63,677 nt of DNA, filler included, from Octopus bimaculoides (GCF_001194135.2; 4 parts of 4 records of this genome joined end to end with filler, not necessarily neighbours in it); one strand, 5' to 3'. Positions 13,791 to 27,678 are shown, counted from the whole stretch's first letter. The notes: a model not told the origin generated them from the sequence alone. Translations and numbers: made by a program.

Positions 13791-16439
13791 CAATCGTTTG
13801 GGCTTCATATTTCTCTGCTCCCTAATGGGCTTGGAACGATGTAATAACACTGCAAAAGTGTCACGTCAGGTGACAGAAGATGAATCACAATTCTCAGATT
13901 TACCTTTTACTTTTGCTTCAAGTTATATTATATGTATATATGTATGTATTGATAGGAAGGACAACAAAAGAAAAAATGAGGCCTCGATACTATGTAAATA
14001 GAGGAATTTATCTGTAAAATTATGTGACACTGGCTACCGAATAAGTGTCACATATTTTTACAGATATGTATAAATGTATATAATGTAAAAATAAGTATAT
14101 TATGAATTCGTGAGCATACCACAAAGAGATCACTCAACCTGCGACGATTTACATATAAAAAAAAAGTTTGTATAAAATGTACGTTGCATATTTTAGAGGG
14201 ATGATTGTAAAATGATCAGAATTGTCTAAGCCAAAATCCATATTTCGAATATATGTTTGAAACGCATTTTGGAGCTCTAATATCTACAAATATTTCCCAC
14301 ATTTTTACGTTAATTTTACTTACCCCCCGTTTCGAAGCATTGTATTAAATAAATGAGTGGAAGTGTATATCACAAATATCCAACATAACTTAAGTAAAAT
14401 TATTGATATGCTCGACAACTGTCTCATTTCACACTGTACATTTATTGCATTATAGATTCTCTGCAATTTCTCTGAAGAGATAAATCTGAATTTATTGAAG
14501 CGTATACTTTGTGTTATAAGCTGGATGTGATATACCAAGTTTAAGGAAGAAAGAAAGTATCCGCCAATCAGAGCTCCGTTGTGTGCCGGTTCAAATGTAA
14601 AACGGATATGTCATAAGACCAGTAAAGTGAATTCTACTTGTAATATTCTTCTCGCCTTTCAAAGAATATTGCGTATGATCTTCTGAAGTTTCTCTTAATC
14701 ACACTAAAACGGTGCATATGCGAGTATATTTTCTATCTGTCATCTATATATATATACATACATATATATATATATATATANNNNNNNNNNNNNNNNNNNN
14801 NNNNNNNNNNNNNNNNNNNNNNNNNNNNNNNCATATCGTACACGCGCACACACAAGTGTATATGTGTTTCTGTGTGTGTTTCTGTGTGATATTTCATGTT
14901 ACAAATACTATACAATACCATATACGGCGAATGTCTAGCCTTGCATTGCAAGTGGCTTGAATTCATGTTCCTGATTCTACCAAATGAACACTTTTTTAAA
15001 ATTAAATTAAAGAGCGCATGCATCTATACACACACGCGCACACATACACACCCACACAAAGACACAAACACATACACACATTCGCAAACACGGAAACACA
15101 CAGGCACAGATATATATATAGGAAACACAACTTTCACAATTCAAGTTATTGGTCAATGCAGACCTTTATCCGGGAACATAACAAAATAAATCAGCCTGGT
15201 GTGTTGTTAAAAAGTGTGTGTACAAAGAATATGAAAACAAAATGCGCGCTGACGACACTAGGGTGTGGAGGGGACTTTCGGAAAATTCACAAGATCATAT
15301 TTTTCCGTCATATCTTCCGGTACGTTTATAAATGATCTTTTTTTCTAATTAAACACATGCACAATTTATTCGATCTTAACTTTCATTTTTCTTCATTTTA
15401 ATTGTAATATATAACTCTGTCAAATTTCTTTCCTTACTCATGTTGTGATCTCATCAGTGACTCTGTCCCATGTGTCTTCTCTTGGTCAGCTTACAATTTA
15501 GCAAAGAAATTTATAAAATTCAAGTGTAACAATATCTTTTTCAACATATTTGTTCACGTCAAGAATCTTACGAAGCAAATACCTAAACGTAAAAAGCATA
15601 TACTTTGTTGTGTATGGGAGAGTTCAACCTCCACTCACTCATTATTTATATTTATTTTCTTCTCCAAAACATTTTTATGTTACAACTTTGTCAATGTTTG
15701 TGGATATATGTTTTTAAGCAAATTTACTTGGAAAGGTTTTGTATGGAAAATTGCTGTCCCGCTTATAACACATGGTTAAAGTTTATTATTTTTACAAAAT
15801 ATCACGCCTGTAGTTTAGTAAATATGTTTTCTAGATATCAATATCAAATAGAGACCGTTAGCCTTTCACAATACCGTATCCATATTTTCATCCCCTATAC
15901 TCCTGTATAATGCTGTAATTGCTATTGTACTGAGTAGCATTAATGACGTTGATAATAACATCAAATGTATTATTTGCAGATAACAATGATGAAACGTATG
16001 GAGAGAAAAGTATATTAATTTGTTTCGGTTATTATTTTCAATGTATATCTGCATGTGAACTTGTGTGTAAGTGTGAATCTATGTTTTAAGTGCACACAAA
16101 CGTACAAATTGAAGCTGATGCTTTCAGTTATTGCGGTTATCAGTGAAGTTAACTTTCTATGCTCATCCATCCTCCAGTATTACCAGATCCAGATTTCATT
16201 CAAACATATCTTCGATACTATTGTGAAGCCTGAATCAAAGCAAAGGAGCATTTGTTCTCTCTTCTCTACCATAATGAATGTCATAAACCTGCAAGCTGGT
16301 ATTTCCATTTCAACAACGCAATAACAATTATAAGAGATACATCTCAATTTCATTTTAATAATTACAAAATATTCTTTCCGGCGATCTGCTTGTTGACATT
16401 TTATCATGAATAAAATATGAAAAAGCTAGTATTGGATTT

Positions 16440-16645
16440 AGATTTTGGCTGAAGGCCAGCAATTCCAGGGAAGCGGGTAAATTGATTACACTGACATCAT
16501 TTATCAATTAATGCTTATTTCATCGGGCCTAAAAGAATAAATGACAAAGTCGATCTCGTTAGAATTCGAACTCGAAACTTATAGACAGCCGAAATACCGC
16601 TAAGAAATTTGCTGACTTGCTAACGACTCTGGCAGCTCGGCGTCA
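16440..16645 (-). mobile_element. SINE family B
   Basis: Ends ...CCGCTAAG...CTGGCAGCTCGGCG, the reverse of the family head GGCGGTGAGCTGGCAGAA; central AAAGTCGA motif. Confidence 0.75.
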
Positions 16646-16689
16646 TAAAATAAGCAACTTGAATCAACATACTTAAATATAATACCAAG

Positions 16690-19600
16690 GCAAAAATATA
16701 TAAACGATGGAAACTCTCAACGCTGTTTGTCCTTCTGATCAAACTACAGATAAAAAACATTCCAGAAGAAACTGAACACCAAAGACAACTAAGAGATAAG
16801 TTAGCGATAGAATAAATGAAAGTGGACATTAAACTAGTTAAACTCAGCGTATCAAACAACGAAGAAAAATATAAAACCGTTGATAGTTTTGTATTCATGC
16901 TGATGGACAGCATTTGACCAGAAAATTGTAAATCTGAAGAAATAAAATCCTTTCAATGGGATATTGATACCCGGTCAAAACTGAATGCATTTCTGATAAC
17001 AACCGTCTAAAAAGAAACAGTAATGAAAACCAATGCTGAAATGACTAAGCAACTATTTAGAACAAAGTACGGGCATTTAAAAGAACGCAGCGATTAGAAA
17101 TACACTCACAATTTGGAGTAAATTGCTCTCAAACCCGAATGAGGGATAATTCAGAAACTAGAAGGGATCATCCCAAAGCAAGGAATATGTTTCCTCCAGC
17201 ATTGAGAAACTCTTAAAGAAACGTATTCTGTGGAAGAAATTCGAAATATCTAAAAACACCTAATATTCTTAGACAGGAAAACCAGTCTCCTAAACATTGA
17301 AATATAGTTGGTAACGCTGACAAGTCATAACAACATAATTAAAACGATATCTTTTACATCCAATCCAGAGAAAAGGGGACACACGATGGAACAAATAATA
17401 CAAGACAAAACCATAGTAATAAACATATCAAAGTAAACTACTTTCCACAACAAACGTTAATATACTATGAAAATTATTGATATTTACCCGATCTTTACGC
17501 ACATATAAACAGAATGAAATCGAATACAATAACACGAAAGTGTGTAAAATTATGCGACTTAAAGAAGCACTACTTAATTATAACAACAACGATGATTCAC
17601 TTGTTAAAAGCAAAAGTAATTGTATTCCAGCTAAAGATAGTAATTAAACATTCGATAACTTTTCTGCCCACATGTTTCATTTCCTTTATCATACTTCACA
17701 TAACCAATTAACACAAACCTCATCACTATTTGATGGGGGGAAACTTAACTGAACTGCCAAATCATAAAGAATTGACGATTCAGTAAGCCAATACAGGGTT
17801 GCTTTGACACGAATGGATACGAAATACTACAAAGACCTAGTATAGTCTATGCTAGAAACACCACGAAGAAAAGTTTTAAAAATATAAAAAAGAGAAAATA
17901 AGGAAGTTTCTCTAATTATTACTTGCCATACATGGAAATTATCTGATACTTAAAGAAATCGAATACAAAGGGATGCTGACAATTTCCGGCTTTGTGTAAA
18001 TGGAAATAAAGGAGGATCGGTTAATTGTAATTTTATTCAACATATTCCCCTATCAGGTTCACACATTCTTACAGCGGCCCTTCAGTTTCTTGCAAGGAAA
18101 AAACCTCCAATCAAGCCTTTCACGATATCCATAAAGACAAGATATAATGAATTTGAAATATAAAATAATATATTGTTTACAAAGAATTCACAAAAGCCTG
18201 ATATTTAATGAGGCCTGCTAAGAATCATCATATATATATATATATTAATGTTCACCTCATATCTACTTTTAAAATTATAGCTGGCTCTTCATGTGAAACC
18301 CAGCGCGTAACCAACTTTCTTGAAACACTGCTGCAACCTCATCTGAAATGTATCGGTATCTTCACTGGAGATAATCTAGATGTGATAAATTACCTCCCAA
18401 AACAATCGGGGAAGACAACTACCTCCCAAAACAATCAATGAAGAAACTCTCATGATATCTTTGTAAACCTATCTTACAAAATATCAAATACGACTAACGA
18501 AGAGAAGCAATCCCATTCTGGTTAGTAAACTATGCAGAAGAATTATTAGAATCCATGAACAAGGAAAGTATCAAAATTTATCAAAAGTATCAAAATTTGT
18601 TATTCAGAATAATTATGTCATGTTTGATACCTAGAGAAATAAATGTGCAATTGTGTTGGGAACATATGCAATTCCAATTCTTGAAAACTTAATACTGAGG
18701 TATTTTGAAGTGACTACGTATCTAGCATCACTAAAACAATATGGATATTCCTTTTACCAATATAAGAGAGAACTCAAAAAGATATCTGGATGACTGAGTT
18801 ATTCTTTCGAATATAAATATTGATAATCTATTCAAATTTATAACACTGCTCAAAGATACCAATGCTACCGTCCAATATACAATGGAATACAACAATGAGA
18901 GGAGAGATAATCTTCCATTTCTAGATACTTTAATAAAAATGTCAATACCCAAATAGAAACCGATATCAGTTATAAAATCACAGACTCGAAGTAATACTAC
19001 CTATTCAGTTCATACCAGTGGAATCAAATTTAAATAAATATCCCTTTCAATTTAGCGATTTGCACAACTGTGTTTGACAGAAATACCCGGAGCTTATGAT
19101 TTCTTGAACTTAAAGCCATACTCGTCTACATTTATTAACCACATTCAGCAATACATGATGCAATAAACAGTGCCACGAGAATTGATATCCAAACTCTAAG
19201 ATAATTAAAACTAAATAACACACTAATTGAAAAAAACTCTGTCTTATGTATCTCCCACAACCAACAATGAGGTATATAATAATATTATTCCAAATTTGCC
19301 TATCCTCACCAGGGCCCATATTATATTCGCCGCGCAGAAACCTGATTAAACTATTAAACAAACAAATTCACTTAAGCGAATAGTGATTGGTTTACGATTA
19401 TACCCAACTACAACGGAACCAAGATTTAAAATTCATGAGTAGCCTAATTGTGGAACATGTTCAAACCTACTTGAAAGCTCAGAATTCGAATATTTTAAAG
19501 GTTAACAATTCAAAATTAAGAAAAAAAAAAAAACGTTTGCATCCGATATCTTAATTTACGTATTAAGAAGTTCAGTATGTGGACGCAACAGAGGGAAAAA

Positions 19601-19860
19601 AAGAAAGTCTCTCAGAGGGAGAACAACACTGCATAGATAGCAAAACCGTTTTCTAAAATATAGACAAATACCATTACGGGAATACGTAGAGAAATGTGCG
19701 GGGAGTCTCCAAACAAATTTCAATTTCTTTCCTTCTAAATATGTAAATACTTAAATTAATTAAAAATTATACATTTACTTTTCAAACAAAAAGTTTCTGT
19801 GAATATATTTCTTATCACTTTTTACATAGTTCAACACGTAAAATTATTTCAAGTAATCTT
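16690..19860 (+). mobile_element. Decayed Penelope-like retroelement (RT plus GIY-YIG endonuclease)
   Basis: Broken frames give IIAGSSCETQRVTNFLETLLQPHLK (ORF 18208-18441), RYLDD at 18780, YTMEYNN..LPFLDTLI at about 18880-18935, TDISYKITDSK.YYLF, NIPFNLA, CGTCSNL at about 19448 and LIYVLRSSVCG at about 19550; many stops and frameshifts; boundaries approximate. Confidence 0.82.
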
Positions 19861-19949
19861 TTCTCGAAATTTATATATATAAATGCGGTGCTCCAGCATG
19901 GCCACAGTCAAACGATTGAAACAAGTAAAAAAATAAAAGCATATATGTA

Positions 19950-20335
19950 TTCTTTGACTTGTTTCAGTCATTTGACTGCGGTTATGCTGTAGTACTGCCT
20001 TTAGTTGAAGAAGTCGACCCCAGGACTAATTCTTTGTAAGCCTGATACTTATTCTATCAGTGTCTTAGCCGAACTGCTAATTTACGGGGACGTAAACACA
20101 CCAAAATCAGTTGTGAAGCGATGGTGGTTGGACAAGAACAAACACACGAACACATATATATGTATATACATACAGATATACACACGCCGAGCCTCTTTCA
20201 GTTTCTGTCTACCAAATCCCCTCACACTGCTCTGGTCGGCCCGAAGTTGAAGCAGAATACATTTGCACAAGGTGGCACACAGTGAGCCTGAACCCAGAAC
20301 CATGTAGCTGGGAAACAAGCAATTTACCACCCACA
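19950..20335 (-). mobile_element. SINE family C (CORE-like, internal microsatellite)
   Basis: Reverse of the family C body: CTTGTTTCAGTCATTTGACTG...TTTCAGTTTCTGTCTACCAAATCC...GAACCCAGAACCATGT. Confidence 0.85.
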
Positions 20336-21370
20336 TATGTGTATATATGCGTGCGTATGTGTGTTGGTCCGTGTGTGTGCATATGCGTTTGTATGTGTTA
20401 GTGTTTGTGTGTTTGCGTGTGATTGTGCGTGCATCGCTCCATGTTTCTGAGTGTTAGTGAGTTCTTGTGTGTAATTAACGGTCGACGCTAGATTCTCACC
20501 CTGCAGGATCACAGTGTGTAACTTCATGTGATTATATTCCCTTAAGTATATCTTCGAAAAGCGTGTCCGAGGAAATTAATTTATTCTGATATATTATTTT
20601 CTGTTTCTTCGATGAAATTGAATTTCAGCAATCTTCCCAATGTGATTGTATGTATTTTCTACACCTAAATTATACAGGGCAACTATAATAATCACTGACT
20701 TCTAAGACATTTGTGCTAAATTCTAAATAATCAACTGACCTCTAGAAAAATATAATACAATTGCCTCCATAGACTTATAATAATATGTTCGTTTCGCAAA
20801 CTCTCGGTTTCGCGTTCAGTTCCATTCCATTTCCAAACTCTTTTCAGGTGATTTCAGCTATAGTCCTCGTTTGAACCTATATATGTATATATGTACACAT
20901 AAACAACCACCCACTCTCATTCGTAAATATCTATATCCTCGTATGTAAGACTCTGTGATTTTTTTTGTCCACATCCACGCGCATCACAACCGATAGAATT
21001 GTAAGTCATATAAATGTTAAAATCTGCATAATATTGTGTTGCCTGCTGTGAACTAATATACACTATACTCCAGGTCATCATAGTATATGTTGGTAAAATC
21101 ATAAATATCTTCTATTTCAGCAAGATGGGAAAGATTGAGTTTCCTGTTGGAATGTATATCACTAAAGACATATTAAAATCATATTTCATCCGAAATTGAA
21201 CAACTGGTGAAACAGAATTATGTAAAATATATTTTACATACACAAAGGAAACGTAGATTTTATCTAATAAAATGCGTGTTAAAGAAGACTTTTGAGATGT
21301 CTGTAAATATATACCTATATATATATNNNNNNNNNNNNNNNNNNNNNNNNNNNNNNNNNNNNNNNNNNNN

Positions 21371-21382
21371 TTAATTAATTAA
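21371..21382. other. Artificial scaffold-join linker (44 N + TTAATTAATTAA + 44 N)
   Basis: Exactly 100-bp gap 21327-21426 with a six-frame-stop 12-mer in the middle; identical structure at 46556-46655 and 54725-54824. Confidence 0.95.
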
Positions 21383-21426
21383 NNNNNNNNNNNNNNNNNN
21401 NNNNNNNNNNNNNNNNNNNNNNNNNN

Positions 21427-21476
<50 letters not shown>

Positions 21477-21699
21477 ATGTCATTGATGAGATGGTGAATG
21501 ACGACGGAAAGGACCTTGACAAATCAAGCTGATTGATTGACTGAGTGAACGATTATTCAAACAATCCATTTGTTAGACTGTTAACCGACAAAAAACAAAA
21601 TAAAGTCAAATAAAACCAGCGCGTGTGTTTGTTATTGACATAACGACCCTCCCAAGATACACCAAAATTCTCTAATGTGTCCGTCTTTAAAGGGTGTGT

Positions 21700-21922
21700 T
21701 TTGTTACTGGTTTCAGGTTTTGGCACAAGGACAGAAATTTCAAGGGAGAGGCTAAGTTGATTAGATCGACCCCAGTGCGTAACTGGTACTTATTTTATCA
21801 ACCCCAAAAGGTTGAAAAGCAGCGAAGACCTCAGCGGAATTTGGATACAGAATGTTAGACGGACGAAATGCCACTAAGCATTTTGACTGGCATGTTAACA
21901 ATTCTGCCAGCCTGCTGCCTTA
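21700..21922 (-). mobile_element. SINE family B
   Basis: GATCGACCCCAGTGCGTAACTGGTACTTATTTTATCAACCCCAAAAGG...CTAAGCATTTTG...TTCTGCCAGC is the reverse of the family B consensus seen at 57792. Confidence 0.8.
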
Positions 21923-21945
21923 TGTGTGTTGAAATGCCCTATTAA

Positions 21946-22036
21946 CCTTTCGTGGACCGGCTGGGTCCCTTGGGACCCCACCAAATTTTAGAAGTTATGC
22001 AACTTATAAAACCAGGCATTTCACCACCAGGAAGGG
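21946..22036. mobile_element. Possible piggyBac-like MITE (91 bp)
   Basis: TTAA|CCTTTCGTGG ... CCAGGAAGGG|TTGA: imperfect TIRs (7/10), TTAA-like TSD, internal palindrome GGGTCCCTTGGGACCC. Confidence 0.45.
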
Positions 22037-22093
22037 TTGATTAAATCAATCCCAGTTACTTGCTTGTCTGGTACTTTATATAGTATCTAAGCC

Positions 22094-22432
22094 GTGGAGG
22101 CGCAATGGCCCAGTGGTTAGGGCAGCGGACTCGCGGTCATAGGATCGCGGTTTCGATTCCCAGACCGGGCGTTGTGAGTGTTTATTGAGCGAAAACACCT
22201 AAAGCTCCACGAGGCTCCGGCAGGGGATGGTGGCGAACCCTGCTGTACTCTTGCACCACAACTTTCACTCTTACTTCCTGTTGTGCCTGTAATTCAAAGG
22301 GTCAGCCTTGTCACACTGTGTCACGCTGAATATCCCCGAGAACTACGTGTCTGTGGAGTGCTCAGCCACTTGCACGTTAATTTCACGAGCAGGCTGTTCC
22401 GTTGATCGGATCAACTGGAACCGCCAACAACA
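22094..22432 (+). mobile_element. Full-length tRNA-derived SINE family A
   Basis: tRNA-like head with A box TGGCCCAGTGG and B box GGTTTCGATTCC; (CAA)n tail; 12-bp TSD AGTATCTAAGCC at 22082-22093 and 22433-22444. Confidence 0.92.
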
Positions 22433-22699
22433 AGTATCTAAGCCAGATGTATGAAACTCTCAGGACAGGTCAGGTCAGGTCAGGTCAGCTCCTGACCAAG
22501 TTAGACTCGTGATCAAAAGGTATTCCATCCGTGATTATTCCAGGGTTCATTCTGAAACAGTGTTACTTGGGTTCTGTGAACCAATGCATTACCCCCACTT
22601 GGTCCCTTCTTTCAAAAACAGCAGAGTGTGTACAACGTGAGAGTTTCATCTGCTATTCCAAATGATCCCACCCCATCCCATACAGGATTCCTCAAAGAC

Positions 22700-23979
22700 T
22701 AGTAGTAGTAGTAGTAGTGATGGCCATCGTTGTTGTCATTGTCACCATTGTTTTGGTGGTGGTGATGGTGGTAGTAGTAGTGGGAGTGGTAGTAGTAGTG
22801 GTGGTGGGAGTCATTAGTGATGGTGGTTGTCATCCTCGTGTGGTGGTGGTGGTGGTGGTGGTTTGGCAGTGATAGTAGTGGTAGTAACAGAAGCAGCAGC
22901 AGTAGTAGTAGTAGTATGTTTATAAAAAGAAATCAGTTTCACGGTAAGATACGTAAAGTAGATGTGCGAGCGTGCGGCATAATTTATATGGCTTGAGCAA
23001 TGTGGAATAAATAAATAAATTATTTACACATACAAATTTGTGTGGGTGTATAAGGAGAAAAAGAGAGCGTGAGGTTGAAGGAGGTGGGGATCTGATGGTG
23101 AGTGGCTGGTCAGAGGGTGAACGAGTAAGATTTAGGTAAACATCTAACAGACAGACTAAGGATGGATGGGTGGACGGGTGGGTGGGTGGAAAGATAGGTA
23201 TCTAGGTAGAGAGACAGACAGGTAGACAGACAGATAGATAGATAGATAGAGAGACAGATAGATAGATGAATAGATAGGTAGGTAGACAGACAAATAGATG
23301 AATAAATAGACAGACAGACAGATAGATAGATAGATAGATACATTTCTTTTATTAGCCACACAGGGCTCAACAAAGATGGGACAAATACAATGTAGAGCTT
23401 TTCTTTTTGGGAGGGGGAAGGAAAAAAAAGATAGATAGATAGACAGACAAATGGATAGATATTTAGACAGACAGCCAGACAGATAGATAGAGGGAGAGAN
23501 NNNNNNNNNNNNNNNNNNNNNNNNNNNNNNNNNNNNNNNNNNNNNNNNNNNNNNNNNNNNNNNNNNNNNNNNNNNNNNNNNNNNNNNNNNNNNNNNNNNN
23601 NNNNNNNNNNNNNNNNNNNNNNNNNNNNNNNNNNNNNNNNNNNNNNNNNNNNNNNNNNNNNNNNNNNNNNNNNNNNNNNNNNNNNNNNNNNNNNNNNNNN
23701 NNNNNNNNNNNNNNNNNNNNNNNNNNNNNNNNNNNNNNNNNNNNNNNNNNNNNNNNNNNNNNNNNNNNNNNNNNNNNNNNNNNNNNNNNNNNNNNNNNNN
23801 NNNNNNNNNNNNNNNNNNNNNNNNNNNNNNNNNNNNNNNNNNNNNNNNNNNNNNNNNNNNNNNNNNNNNNNNNNNNNNNNNNNNNNNNNNNNNNNNNNNN
23901 NNNNNNNNNNNNNGTCCTCTAGAAGCTGTTGACATCTCGATGCTTCTTCGCAGAAAACGAAAGTAGTAGTGGTAGCGTT

Positions 23980-24012
<33 letters not shown>

Positions 24013-24796
24013 CGTAGTATTTGTAGTAGCGGTAGTGGTGGTGGTGGTGGTGGTGGTAGCTGTAGTATCAGCAGCAACCGTAGTAATAATAGTAGTAGTA
24101 GTAGTAGTCCCACAGTAATAGTAACAGTAGTAGTGGTGGTGGTGGTGGTGGTGGTAGTAGTAGTAGTAACAGTAGTAGTAGTGGTAGTAGTGGTAGCAGC
24201 AGTAGCAGCAATAGTAATAGTAGTAGCTGTGGCAATGGTAGTAGTAGTATTAGTAGTAATAGTAGCAGCAGCAGCAATTGTTGTCGTTGTAGTTGTGGTA
24301 GTGGTGGTTGCGAAACGTGACTCTGCTGTGACTACGACTACTAACGAGAATGTCTACGAGATCACTGAACCTGCCAGAAAGAGCAGCCGTGTGTGCCTCC
24401 CTCAAAACCAACACTACGCCGCCTAAACGTTTCCGGGGGATAAGGACGCAATTGGACAGCCTAAGTTTGTGCTGCACCAATACTTGTGGTCACGGTTGGA
24501 TTGCCGCTGATCTTACTACGTCTGCAGAGTCAGAGACCAGGCGAAACTAACAACTAATGGCAGTGGTAGTTGTGGTGGTAGTGGTTATGTCATCCTTGTT
24601 GTCCTGGTGCTGGTGGTAGTGGTGATGGTTGTATTGGTGGTAGTGGTGATGGTTGTACTGGTGGTGGTGGTGAGTGTGGTGGAATTAGTGATGGTTTGGT
24701 TCTGGTGGTGGTAGTGGTTATATTAGAAGCAGTGTTGGTGGTGGTGCTGGTGGTGGCGGCAGTGGTGTTCTCCAAACAAACTAACATTATTAATAG

Positions 24797-24829
<33 letters not shown>

Positions 24830-26529
24830 CAGCACCACCACCATTATCACAAACCAAGCCAAGCCAACGAGAGAGGAATCTAGGTGGCCACTTGACAGAC
24901 TAGAAATAGCTGCCAAATCTCCTCCACCCCGGCCCAATAGTAAACTATGCTGTCTTGCAAAAGTGGGAGGAAAATGTACATTGGAGTCTCCCTCATCATA
25001 AAAAAAAAATCATGCCGAGGTCATCTTTGCCTCTTGTCCTTCTGGGGGTCAATGGACTAAAGTACCAGTGTTATGCAAGGGTCACTTTACATCTCTGTAA
25101 TACATCCAAGATATGTGTGGAATTTATAATTGGGGGTGACAGGTCAAAAACTACCAGTCTTGTGCCTGAGAACCCTGCTAGAAACAGCAGCCAAATTCCT
25201 TCCAGCTCACACTCCACTACTAACTCTACTACTGTCTTAAAAGGTGGGAGCAGGGGGACAGGAGACATGCATGCACAGGATAGTTTAGTCCAAGATACAT
25301 TTAACCATTATATTTATTTTTTAAAGACTAAATATATAAACAAGGTAGTTGCAGATACAATACCCTTGATCATAAGTACATTCGAACATGTCTTCCCCCA
25401 CCCACCCCGAGGGTGGAGAGCCGTAGTAGTAGTAGTAGCAGCAGTAGCAGCAACAGCAGTTATTAAGACGACAGCTACGAAAGGATATTGCATCGTGGTC
25501 CAACAAAGACTCTGGGTTTTTCCACTAACCTGTACACTAGTTGTAATTGTTCAGCTCTAACTCAGGCCAAGCCAAGCCTGGTCAAGCAGAGCTATCTATA
25601 ATCAAAACTTCATTATCATCATCATCATCAACATCATTTAGAGTCTTTTTTTTTTTTTTTACATAATCTGTGTCTCTTTTTAAATGACGGTAAGATGACG
25701 TTTGTGGGAGATTTGACAATTATTTCTAGCAGATCAACTGAAGATGTAGAACAGTCATGTCCAAACTGCAACCTGCAGGACTTTCTCAATGGCAACATCT
25801 CACAAAAAAAAATTACCTTGATGTTTTTTTTTGTTTTGTTTTGTTTCTGGTTATTTGTTTATGTGTTTTGCTTGATGCTGAACTATGTATTACGTGGCCC
25901 ACATCTCGGTTGCCCATACCTGTCGTAGAATCTTCTTCATTAACTGTCAAGGTTTCCCTCATCCTCAATTTCTCTCCTGTCATCCCGACCAGCCCTGATC
26001 AAGTAAGCTTATGATCATCCCATCNNNNNNNNNNNNNNNNNNNNNNNNNNNNNNNNNNNNNNNNNNNNNNNNNNNNNNNNNNNNNNNNNNNNNNNNNNNN
26101 NNNNNNNNNNNNNNNNNNNNNNNNNNNNNNNNNNNNNNNNNNNNNNNNNNNNNNNNNNNNNNNNNNNNNNNNNNNNNNNNNNNNNNNNNNNNNNNNNNNN
26201 NNNNNNNNNNNNNNNNNNNNNNNNNNNNNNNNNNNNNNNNNNNNNNNNNNNNNNNNNNNNNNNNNNNNNNNNNNNNNNNNNNNNNNNNNNNNNNNNNNNN
26301 NNNNNNNNNNNNNNNNNNNNNNNNNNNNNNNNNNNNNNNNNNNNNNNNNNNNNNNNNNNNNNNNNNNNNNNNNNNNNNNNNNNNNNNNNNNNNNNNNNNN
26401 NNNNNNNNNNNNNNNNNNNNNNNNNNNNNNNNNNNNNNNNNNNNNNNNNTATCTACATACTATACAGATACATACATATACATACATACATTACATACAT
26501 ACATATATACATTACATTACATACATACA

Positions 26530-26560
<31 letters not shown>

Positions 26561-26686
26561 CATACATATACACACACAATGACAAAAGCAATACAATCAA
26601 ATTTCAGGAGATTCAGCTGTGATTAGAAGCAGGTCAAGCAACCCATGTAAAGGCTTCCTTGGTTAGCTTGCTAGTTTTGTTTACAG

Positions 26687-26724
<38 letters not shown>

Positions 26725-27110
26725 GACTACTAGCACCAATACCACAACAATTAATACAACAACAACTATTACAATTATTACTACTCCTGCCACCACTACC
26801 TGTACTATATACCCACCCCCACCTTCCTTTTTACAATTGCAATCACCTGTGATATTTAATAACAGTAAAACTCCAAGGTTCCATTCTAAGAACAAGAACA
26901 CATTACGCCTACAGAGGATGATATGATGAAGACGATAACCATGGCATCAATGGGGAACAGCCACGAGGATGACGATGAGGAGGAAGAGAGGAGAGGATTA
27001 TGATGACGGTAATGAAGACAATGATGATGATTGTGATGATGATAATGGTGGTGGTGGTGGTGATGGTGGTGAAGGTAATGATGATGATGAAAACAACAAA
27101 GATGGATACT
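22700..27110. repeat. Cluster of triplet microsatellites (GTA/GTG/GCA/GAT/ACT) interleaved with tetranucleotide repeats
   Basis: Direct inspection; source of the poly-V, poly-S, poly-T and poly-L ORFs in the track. Confidence 0.85.
25920..25994 (-). CDS. Candidate exon 5 of unidentified minus-strand gene (GLVGMTGEKLRMRETLTVNEEDSTT)
   Basis: Acceptor cttacttgatcag|G, donor CAG|gtatgg; 75 bp, phase 1 to 1, open and compatible with the candidate exon at 31559-31623. No homology recognised. Confidence 0.33.
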
Positions 27111-27181
27111 TGCAACACTTCCTTAGCGTGTACACTACTTCGCTCGTGATGGCTGCCAGCAAGCATAATTAATAAACACAA

Positions 27182-27271
27182 GCTGCTGCTGCGCTTGCTG
27201 CTGCTGCCCTTGCTGCTGCTGCCCTTGCTGCTGCTGCCCTTGCTGCTGCTGCCCTTGCTGCTGCTGCCCTA
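27182..27271. repeat. 15-bp minisatellite (GCTGCTGCTGCCCTT) x6
   Basis: Near-perfect tandem units; an in-frame TAA lies just upstream (27173), so it is not called coding. Confidence 0.9.
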
Positions 27272-27641
27272 CATGACTTTTCAGTGTGTGTGTGTGTGTG
27301 TGTGACAGAGAGAGAGAGAGAGGGATAGAGAGTGGAAGAGCACGCGTATGTGTTTGTGTAAAGGTAGATAGGCAGCCAGACAGGTAGATGGATAGATAGA
27401 TGGATAGATAGGTAGGTAGACAGATAGATAGATAGGTAGGTAGAGAGAAAGAGAGAGAGATAGGTATATATAGCTACATCCTTTATATTTAATTGACAAA
27501 AGTTAGTTAGAGTGACTCAAGGGCCGAGTGTGTCCCCGCATTACCGCTTATCAAATTACTACACGAAACTCTCGACCCTTGAGTCACTTTGCAACTTCTC
27601 TCACTTAAATACAAATATACATATCTATTTATCGATCTATC

Positions 27642-27678
<37 letters not shown>

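Noticed and set aside
16055-16407. Overlapping plus and minus ORFs with splice-like sites
   Set aside because: Both strands are equally plausible, and no homology was recognised.
27182-27271. (AAAAL)6 as an Ala-rich antifreeze-like peptide
   Set aside because: In-frame stop 9 nt upstream, no start codon or splice acceptor; it is a minisatellite.
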